Shown piece after piece: positions 35,909-42,375 of a stretch of 42,375 bases of DNA. This stretch comes from Parcubacteria group bacterium GW2011_GWA2_49_9 (GTDB lineage Bacteria; Patescibacteriota; Minisyncoccia; Phycocordibacterales; UBA10002): positions 1 through 42,375 of the forward strand of contig LCQF01000009.1 of assembly GCA_001004005.1 (NCBI GenBank), in the 5' to 3' direction. The stretch's first letter is position 1. Each line of letters begins with the position of its first letter. Both the position numbers and the translations under genes were made by a program. The notes beneath the pieces were generated by a model. It saw nothing but the letters and a program-made list of their open reading frames with translations, was not told the DNA's origin and did not search any database.

Positions 35909-36895
35909 TTAATACAACTTCACCCCCACTTTTTCCCGCACCTCCTCCATCTTTGCCGAGGCTTTGGCGCGGGCACGGAGGCCACCTTCCTTTAACATTT
36001 TGAGTACGGCTTCCTTGTCTTCGGCAATCGACTTACGCTTCTCCCGAAGCGGGCGGATAAATGTTTTGATATCTTCAATAAGCGCTTCCTTCAATATTTT
36101 ATATTTGCCCTCGTTCTGTGCGTAAAAGTCATCGAGACGGGCACCGTCCGACAAGCTTGTCGGACGGTGCCCGTCTAACGCAAACAACGTATGGATTTCG
36201 TGGACATTTTTTGGGATTCCACCCGAAGAGTCTGTCACAATACTCATCACACACTTTTCAATCTCGGCATCTTCGGCAAAAAGCGGAATCGTATTTCCTT
36301 TACTCTTGCTCATCTTCTCTCCGTCAATACCCGGCACTACGCTGACGTCGGAAAGAATCATCGGTTGCGGAAGTTTGAATGTCTCTCCATAGACACGATT
36401 AAACTTCTCCGCGGTATCGCGGGCGATTTCTACGTGCTGTTTTTGGTCCTGCCCTACCGGTACGACATCCGCGTCATACAGTAAAATATCCGCCGCCATA
36501 AGTAGCGGGTAGTTAAACGTGCCGACATTTACCTCGCTCCGCTTCGCCTGCGCGTCCTTGAACGCGTGCGCGCGCTCCAGATACGGGACGGTGGTCAGGC
36601 ACTCAAATATCCATGCAAGCTCCATATGCTCGGGAATGTCGGACTGCTTGTAGAGCGTGACATTCTTCGGGTCAAGACCGATGGCGAGGTAATCAATTGC
36701 CACATTCAGGATATTCTGTTTGAGCTCCTTTGGATTTTGAAGTGTCGTCAGCGCGTGATAGTCGGCAATAAAAATAAACGTCTCGTGTTCCTTCTGGAGT
36801 TCCACGAATTGCTTCATCGCGCCGAAATAGTTCCCGATGTGAGGTCGGCCTGAAGGTTGGATACCGGATAGCAGTATTTTGCGGTCTTTAGACAT
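35909..36895 (-). CDS. trpS: Tryptophan--tRNA ligase
   Basis: SGIQPSG..HIGNYFGA, YPLLMAADILL, VPVGQDQKQH, KMSKS. Confidence 0.97.
   Translation of the reverse strand: MSKDRKILLSGIQPSGRPHIGNYFGAMKQFVELQKEHETFIFIADYHALTTLQNPKELKQNILNVAIDYLAIGLDPKNVTLYKQSDIPEHMELAWIFECLTTVPYLERAHAFKDAQAKRSEVNVGTFNYPLLMAADILLYDADVVPVGQDQKQHVEIARDTAEKFNRVYGETFKLPQPMILSDVSVVPGIDGEKMSKSKGNTIPLFAEDAEIEKCVMSIVTDSSGGIPKNVHEIHTLFALDGHRPTSLSDGARLDDFYAQNEGKYKILKEALIEDIKTFIRPLREKRKSIAEDKEAVLKMLKEGGLRARAKASAKMEEVREKVGVKLY
36135..36176. repeat. Perfect 42-bp palindrome inside trpS
   Basis: agacgggcaccgtccgacaag|cttgtcggacggtgcccgtct. Confidence 0.92.
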
Positions 36896-36923
36896 AGCGG
36901 TACTTTAGCAGGAATTCAATAAA

Positions 36924-37030
36924 AATTCACCTAATTACCTAATTTCTAATTCATCTAATAAAATGCCATCAATGTCCAATTCAGAAATTTGGAATTTTAT
37001 TAGAAATTAGGTGAATTAGGAATTAGAAAT
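36924..37030. repeat. CTAATT-unit inverted-repeat element, copy 4
   Basis: aattcacctaattacctaatttctaat...ttttattagaaattaggtgaattagg. Confidence 0.85.
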
Positions 37031-38683
37031 TTACTTCGTTGGTAACTCCACGAAGAACGTAGACCCTTTTCCTTCACCATCCGACTCGGCCCAAACCTTT
37101 CCCTTTTGCGCCTCAATAAGTTGGCGAGCTACATAGAGTCCAAGGCCGGTACCGAGAATATTCGCTTTGCTCGCATCCTCCGCGCGGCTGAATTTTTGAA
37201 ACAGCCTCGGCAGTACTTCCGGCTTGATGCCGACGCCCGTATCCTTGACCGAGAGCTGTACCGTTCCCGCACCAGTTCGCTTCACGGCGACAAGGATAGA
37301 GCCCTTCGGCGTGTATTTAAGTGCGTTATCAACAAGATTTTCAATCACCTGCCGCACTTTTCCGGCATCAGCATGAACGGTTATGGACGGCGCGATATCA
37401 AGCGTGAGCGAAAGATGTTTACGCTCCACATTCGGTGTAAGTTCCTTCGCCACATCGGATACCAGTGTGCTGAAATCAACATCGGAGAAATCATACTTCA
37501 TCTTTCCCTGCTCAATGCGGGAGACATCCAAAAAGTCCTGCACGACGACCGCAAGCGCGTTACTGGAGTTGGAAATAGTTTGTATAATTTCTTTAAGATT
37601 TTCGGGGACGACGCCATAATCCCCCTGCGTCATCATTGAGGCGTACCCTTTGATGGCGGTCAGCGGTCCTCGGATTTGATGTGAGGCGAGCGACACGAAT
37701 TCGCTTTTCAGGTGGTCCAGTTCCTTTAAACGCGCGTTGGCACTTTCCAGCTCTCTTGCCAGTTTTTCTATACGTTCTCGTTGTTCAACTTCCCGCTTCA
37801 CCGACCAGATAAGATAGATACCGACTATGAGGAGCAGGATGGCGGTGAACGAAACGATGATCCGTACCGTCTCGATGGTTCGGAGGAAAAGGAGGGAGAC
37901 CACGAGCATCCAGAGCGCTCCGACGAGCACCTGTGTTCCGAGGAGCTTCACGTTGAACATCTTGTATCGCACGACAAGGTATCCGATGAACGCGGCAAAA
38001 ATCGGAGTGCCAAAAAGCCCGAATTGCGAATTCACCCAATCGTCGGTAAAGCTTCCGAAGATATTGCCCGACGCCCACATAAGGAGGAACAGAATAACGC
38101 CGGTCGCAAGAAGCGCTATCTCTCTTTTGGTGTCGGCACTCTTCTCTTGTAGGAAACGGCGTATGGCGTAGGTAGCGATGCCGATGATGGAGAGGAGCTC
38201 AAGGACATAGGTATAGTAGGCATAGAATGATTCGATCGGGATGCAAAGCGAGAGATCGAATCCTTCGAGGCTATAGATGGTCGGGGTGATGAGGATGAGC
38301 GGGGTATAAACGATGGCCGCGATAACCTTCGCGTTGAGTGGAGCGTCATGTTTGTTTACGAACACATAGACGAGATAGAACATCCCGATATAGGTGAGTG
38401 GCTCGAGCATTATCTGGAGCGACCAGAGGAACATGATAAGGTCGCTTCGGTTGCTTGCCCAAATGATGACATTGAAGAACACCCACAGCAGGAATGGGAC
38501 GAGGCTCCAGAAGAGTATCTTGTTCGTCAGACTCCTGCGGTCCTTGAAGTAGACGAACAGGCCGATGACAAGCGAAAGAGAAAGCGCGGTAAGGTGCGTG
38601 TAGTAGATGAACTTCGGCACGTGGCTGGAAAGCACGAGGTATCTCGCGGCTTCAGCGAAGCAAAGTGCAGCTTGAGCTTGCAT
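37031..38683 (-). CDS. Multi-TM sensor histidine kinase (HisKA_7TM-like input, HisKA, HATPase)
   Basis: H-box ASHQIRGPL, N-box NLVDNALKY, G1 DTGVGI, G2 GTGLGL; about 300-aa hydrophobic N-terminus. Confidence 0.95.
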   Translation of the reverse strand: MQAQAALCFAEAARYLVLSSHVPKFIYYTHLTALSLSLVIGLFVYFKDRRSLTNKILFWSLVPFLLWVFFNVIIWASNRSDLIMFLWSLQIMLEPLTYIGMFYLVYVFVNKHDAPLNAKVIAAIVYTPLILITPTIYSLEGFDLSLCIPIESFYAYYTYVLELLSIIGIATYAIRRFLQEKSADTKREIALLATGVILFLLMWASGNIFGSFTDDWVNSQFGLFGTPIFAAFIGYLVVRYKMFNVKLLGTQVLVGALWMLVVSLLFLRTIETVRIIVSFTAILLLIVGIYLIWSVKREVEQRERIEKLARELESANARLKELDHLKSEFVSLASHQIRGPLTAIKGYASMMTQGDYGVVPENLKEIIQTISNSSNALAVVVQDFLDVSRIEQGKMKYDFSDVDFSTLVSDVAKELTPNVERKHLSLTLDIAPSITVHADAGKVRQVIENLVDNALKYTPKGSILVAVKRTGAGTVQLSVKDTGVGIKPEVLPRLFQKFSRAEDASKANILGTGLGLYVARQLIEAQKGKVWAESDGEGKGSTFFVELPTK

Positions 38684-38700
38684 AGATAAGGTAAGGTTAG

Positions 38701-40098
38701 TTATGGCTTTATACTAACATGGATACTCTCGAAGCCTCCTCCGAAAGCATAGCGGATAGAGAGCTGTACGCGCTGTCCGGCACTTACAGTAGTTTCCGGG
38801 AGAGGCACCACAACCGGGCCGTTCAGCGAGTCGGTATCTCCAAGCGAGATATTTTGTGTGAGCATTGTAACGCTAGTGAGACGTACGGAGTTGATAACAC
38901 CGTCGGCGACGATATCGATGTCCAAAACCGCTTCGCAGTGTTCCAAAGACGTTTGGGAGAATTCCACTGTATGGACCAGCGTCTTATTTGAAAAGGCTGT
39001 GAATGAGCGCAGAGCGGGGTCGTAAAAACGCCAAGTATGACGAATGAACGGGACATTGAGTCCGTAACAGCTAAAATCAAAATTCCCAAGTGCTACAAAG
39101 GTATCCTGGCTGGACGGGATGAAAACGGTGTCCCTATTCACGGCCCCACGTCTATGCAGGTTGTTCACAGCACTCACTTGATATTCTTCGATCATTCCGG
39201 TCGTGAGCATTTCCATGATCACCGCATCGAACACAAGTCCGGGCTCGAAATCATATCGTCGCCCGTCGCCGATGCGGACCTCCACATTGTGTGCGCCGTT
39301 CGCCTCGATGACCTTCTGTGCGGCATCGGAGATGAAGGGGTCGTATTCGAGCGAGATGACTTTTTTCGCACCCGCACGGGCGGCAAAAAGCGCAAGTATC
39401 CCCGAACCGGTACCCGAATCGAGGACAGTGCTCCCCGCACGGACTTTCTCGCTTATGGCCTTTTGGAATGCGCTCGTGCGGGGGATGTCGGAAAGGCACT
39501 GGCTTACGATATCTATGGAGCTGAAGGCCGTTCCGCCGCGCTTTCTGAATTGCAGAGCGAATATCGCTCCATTGGTAATGATCATATAGATCGGATACAC
39601 CAAGATGGAGAATAATGCTTTTTCAACGGCGAACAGGTTGAGAAGCTGTCCGAAGAAAACGAACCCCCACGCTTTTTTATCCTCATGTTCGGGACGGTGC
39701 AAAGACTTCTTGATCGTCGGAATGGCTGCCATGAAGTCGGTGAAAAGGTAGAACACGAGCCCTACTATCGCCGAGCTGGTGAACCACCAGAAAAATGTTC
39801 CGATGAGTGCGCCGAAGATGCACCACTTATCGAGCCTCGTCCAGCCCCCCTCGCCATATTTAATGGAGAGCAAAGCAATGATAACGGGCCCTATCGCCTC
39901 GCTAAGCGGCACCCAGATAGTCTCCCGCGCCCCGGAGGCGTAGTAGCTGCAGACGATGAGTATGCCTACCCCGCCCCATATCCACCATGATGCACGGCTC
40001 GGCCTCGTTTTGCCCGCCAGGATAGCGGGAATGTAAAAAAGATACGAACAGAGGGCCAAAATGCCCGACGCGATGCCTATAAATCCGGTGAACGTCAT
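38701..40098 (-). CDS. Fusion of a PQ-loop-like membrane domain and a PRMT-like SAM-dependent methyltransferase
   Basis: N-terminal ~185 aa TM domain (YIPAILAGKTRPSRASW, AAIPTIKK); C-terminal LSDIPRT..F, VLDSGTGSGILALFAARAGAKKV, FDAVIMEML...EE, IP, beta-rich tail; ATG 40098. Confidence 0.85.
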   Translation of the reverse strand: MTFTGFIGIASGILALCSYLFYIPAILAGKTRPSRASWWIWGGVGILIVCSYYASGARETIWVPLSEAIGPVIIALLSIKYGEGGWTRLDKWCIFGALIGTFFWWFTSSAIVGLVFYLFTDFMAAIPTIKKSLHRPEHEDKKAWGFVFFGQLLNLFAVEKALFSILVYPIYMIITNGAIFALQFRKRGGTAFSSIDIVSQCLSDIPRTSAFQKAISEKVRAGSTVLDSGTGSGILALFAARAGAKKVISLEYDPFISDAAQKVIEANGAHNVEVRIGDGRRYDFEPGLVFDAVIMEMLTTGMIEEYQVSAVNNLHRRGAVNRDTVFIPSSQDTFVALGNFDFSCYGLNVPFIRHTWRFYDPALRSFTAFSNKTLVHTVEFSQTSLEHCEAVLDIDIVADGVINSVRLTSVTMLTQNISLGDTDSLNGPVVVPLPETTVSAGQRVQLSIRYAFGGGFESIHVSIKP

Positions 40099-40099
40099 A

Positions 40100-40270
40100 C
40101 TATTCGATGGAAGGAAGCGGAATGATGACTGCTCGCTGCTCTTCTTCCGGCGGCGCTTCACCCTCGACAAGGTAATCATGCAAAACCATATAGCAATAGT
40201 ACGAAAGCGCGGTCGCCGTACCGAGTGCGAGCAGGAATATACAAAAGAATATCCTTGAAGAAAGGCTCAT
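40100..40270 (-). CDS. Small single-TM protein (56 aa, absent from the ORF track)
   Basis: MSLSSRIFFCIFLLALGTATALSYYCYMVLHDYLVEGEAPPEEEQRAVIIPLPSIE*; starts 2 nt after the speD stop and ends 1 nt before the next ATG. Confidence 0.7.
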   Translation of the reverse strand: MSLSSRIFFCIFLLALGTATALSYYCYMVLHDYLVEGEAPPEEEQRAVIIPLPSIE

Positions 40271-40272
40271 GT

Positions 40273-40659
40273 TTAGGCGAGATTATGCTCGGGGTATCGT
40301 GTTCCGCGCTTAACAAAGTCTTGCTCAACATCCTGCAGTACAAACTTACTTGTGAAGAAATTGATAATACGTTCCGTATCCATACCATTCCTACAGCTAT
40401 AGACATCGGCAGTGAGAAAACGGCGCTCGGTAAACGTGTGAATGCTGATATGGCTCTCGGCAATGAGAACCACGCCGGAAACTCCGCCTGGGTCCTTACC
40501 GTCGTTCCCGTGGAAAACAACGAGCTGCGGTTCCGCTATCTTGTGCATGCCGAGAAGTTCGGGAAGTTCATTCAGGCACCTTAAAACAAGCTCTTTGTCC
40601 CCGAGTTTTTCTTTATCTCCGCCGTATCCGTCAATCATTAAATGTTCTCCGAAGTGCAT
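40273..40659 (-). CDS. speD: Pyruvoyl-dependent S-adenosylmethionine decarboxylase family proenzyme
   Basis: GEHLMIDGYG, GGVSGVVLIAE/SHISIHTF self-cleavage site, DVYSC. Confidence 0.88.
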   Translation of the reverse strand: MHFGEHLMIDGYGGDKEKLGDKELVLRCLNELPELLGMHKIAEPQLVVFHGNDGKDPGGVSGVVLIAESHISIHTFTERRFLTADVYSCRNGMDTERIINFFTSKFVLQDVEQDFVKRGTRYPEHNLA

Positions 40660-40734
40660 GGAATACCAATTACACAATCAGTACGAATATACGAATAACA
40701 AAAGCATACGAACTGTAACGACAGTATAGCATAT

Positions 40735-40866
40735 AAAGAAAAATCCCGCCCTTGGGTCGCCACAGCGTGGTGAACCAGAGGCGGGATTCCTCATAAATTA
40801 AAAATCGGTCGCATACGCGACCAACTAATCTGGAGGATTCACCGCTGTGTGAGAACAATCCTCCGC
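40735..40866 (-). ncRNA. Candidate structured RNA (attenuator/riboswitch or sRNA)
   Basis: Follows a consensus promoter; hairpins ggaggatt/aatcctcc and ggtcgc/gcgacc; terminator aatcccgcc/ggcgggatt plus U tract; competing antiterminator pairing. Confidence 0.6.
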
Positions 40867-40867
40867 A

Positions 40868-40896
40868 AGTATATTCATTGGTGACGCTTCAGTCAA
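40868..40896 (-). promoter_or_regulatory. Sigma70-type promoter
   Basis: TTGACT - 17 bp - TATACT on the minus strand. Confidence 0.75.
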
Positions 40897-40932
40897 TTTT
40901 TCTGTGGACAGTAATGACAATGACGCGTGAAA

Positions 40933-42207
40933 TTATGTCTTATGTCGAGCACGATGTGGTTTTTGAGGAATAACAGAAAATGGTAAGTGCTTTTTCCCGT
41001 GTCTTCCGATAACGAGCTGATAGAACGCCCAGGTGATAAGGATCGGCACGGCGCTTATGACGATTGTCCACGACGGACCAACGAGGGTGTAGGCGATACC
41101 GGCAAGAATCGGGCCGATAGCCCAGCCGAGGTCCTGAAACAGCGTAATAACACCTGCTACAACGCCGTCACTGTCGTGCTCTCTATCAAGTGAGTGGAGC
41201 CACGACCAGAGCGAAATACTCGCCATTTCGTCGCCCGATGTCGCAAGGAAGCCGAATAGCAGAAACAACCATCCGAAATTAAAACCCAGGAGCATTCCCG
41301 AAATTGAGAAGAGGAGTAGACCGAAAAAGATAAGAGCGCGCTTGTCGCTTTTGTCCGCGAGATTACCAAGGAGAAAACCGAGGACGACTATGGAAAAATC
41401 GAAAATGCCTAGGCCAAGCCCAAGAAGTCCCGCATTCGCTTGATGCGCGATAATCAACGGCACGACAAACCAAATACAGCCGTAAAAGATTGAACTGGAG
41501 AAGGAAACGAGAAGTAGCATTCCGCTCGCGGGGTTCAGACGTTTCAGGGCTCGGAGAGTCGTGGGAATAAAATGTCGCCGGATGTAGTGGTGCTGTGTAG
41601 GAAGTTTTTTCTCGGCATGCACCGAGGTGTGGTCCTTCGGGCTGAAATACAGAAGGAAAAGCGAAATAAGAAGTAAAAGGAAAATCGCGGTACCCATAAT
41701 TTCCGGACGCTGTGTGAGGATAAATGGAAGCAAGGCGCTTGAAAGCACGACTCCGATAGAACCGAACACATCGCGCACCGACATAAATCTTCCTGCCGTT
41801 TCCTTCGGTGCGTGGGAAAGCACATATGCATTCAGTCCAGGACCGAAGAACAGCCAGCCGAAGATACTGAAAAGTAGGCTCAAGAGATAGGTAAGCTTTG
41901 TAAGACCGAAGGTGAGTGTCAGCGCCGCCAGCAAAAAAAGAGCGGTAGTTATCTTGAGAAAGCGAAGGTAGCCGTATCGGTCAAGAATATGCCCCGCCGG
42001 AACGTCCAGAAGAAGCTGGACCACGGAACAGCCTCCCATAAGGAGGCCAACCACCCACAGCGGAAAGAACTGCTCGCCGAGCGGGGAAATCAGTGAATAG
42101 TGTAAACCGCCTCCGAACTTAAATAACAGTAAAAAAAACCAAAACGGGAGAAAGCCCGTGAAGATATACGCAAGCGAACGAGTTTTGGCTACTGTTGTTG
42201 AAGGCAT
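40933..42207 (-). CDS. MFS transporter
   Basis: About 12 TM; motif A PAGHILDRYG and its repeat GNLADKSDKR; GWAIGPILAG. Confidence 0.93.
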   Translation of the reverse strand: MPSTTVAKTRSLAYIFTGFLPFWFFLLLFKFGGGLHYSLISPLGEQFFPLWVVGLLMGGCSVVQLLLDVPAGHILDRYGYLRFLKITTALFLLAALTLTFGLTKLTYLLSLLFSIFGWLFFGPGLNAYVLSHAPKETAGRFMSVRDVFGSIGVVLSSALLPFILTQRPEIMGTAIFLLLLISLFLLYFSPKDHTSVHAEKKLPTQHHYIRRHFIPTTLRALKRLNPASGMLLLVSFSSSIFYGCIWFVVPLIIAHQANAGLLGLGLGIFDFSIVVLGFLLGNLADKSDKRALIFFGLLLFSISGMLLGFNFGWLFLLFGFLATSGDEMASISLWSWLHSLDREHDSDGVVAGVITLFQDLGWAIGPILAGIAYTLVGPSWTIVISAVPILITWAFYQLVIGRHGKKHLPFSVIPQKPHRARHKT

Positions 42208-42232
42208 CAGTGTGTCCGTCTAGTATACCAAA

Positions 42233-42304
42233 TGCCCTTGGTGGGAATCGAACCTACATCATCTCCTTCGGAGGGAGATATCCTATCCATTGAACGACAA
42301 GGGC
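42233..42304 (-). tRNA. tRNA-Arg(CCG)
   Basis: Acceptor gcccttg/caagggc, anticodon arm tctcc-ctCCGaa-ggaga, T loop ttcgatt. Confidence 0.92.
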
Positions 42305-42375
42305 GAATTAACATTGCGGATGTATCATACCGTGGAATGACTAGTTTGAGAACATCTACACTATCTTTGCGACCG

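Noticed and set aside
40099-40179. Basic N-terminal extension (MITLSRVKRRRKK) of the methyltransferase fusion
   Set aside because: The interval is better explained by the 56-aa gene at 40100-40270 in another frame.
95-41890. Many antisense or alternative-frame ORFs in the track (e.g. 11377..12063, 15061..15744, 22628..23347, 23927..24595)
   Set aside because: Shadows of well-supported genes, with no motifs of their own.

Overview
A 42.4-kb stretch of a small, streamlined bacterial chromosome. Gene content, a GAD-less AspRS, a PaaX/Cas2-like gene, scarce Shine-Dalgarno motifs and the intergenic repeats suggest Patescibacteria (CPR, Parcubacteria-like); this assignment is inferred. Housekeeping genes include recR, dnaB, cysS (broken), a CorA-family channel, an S41 protease, rplI, rpmA, gltX, murG-ftsW-mraY, an S11 carboxypeptidase, scpAB, aspS, trpS and three tRNAs (Val-CAC, Pro-CGG, Arg-CCG). 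Notable observations: (1) a PaaX/Cas2-like gene bracketed by two identical 30-bp palindromes, with a related third palindrome at 157-186; (2) short palindromic elements inserted in frame in a glutamine amidotransferase and in trpS; (3) an overlapping recombinase / PD-(D/E)xK-like nuclease / recombinase operon beside a VapBC-like pair; (4) a complete Asp T-box riboswitch with an ultrashort Stem I upstream of aspS; (5) a candidate attenuator or sRNA upstream of a cluster of speD, a small membrane protein, a membrane domain-PRMT-like fusion and a sensor kinase; (6) a ~120-bp duplicated element with compensatory base changes; (7) frequent leaderless-type promoters; (8) two genes with deletion-type frameshifts, which may be real or assembly errors. 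No CRISPR array or rRNA was seen.
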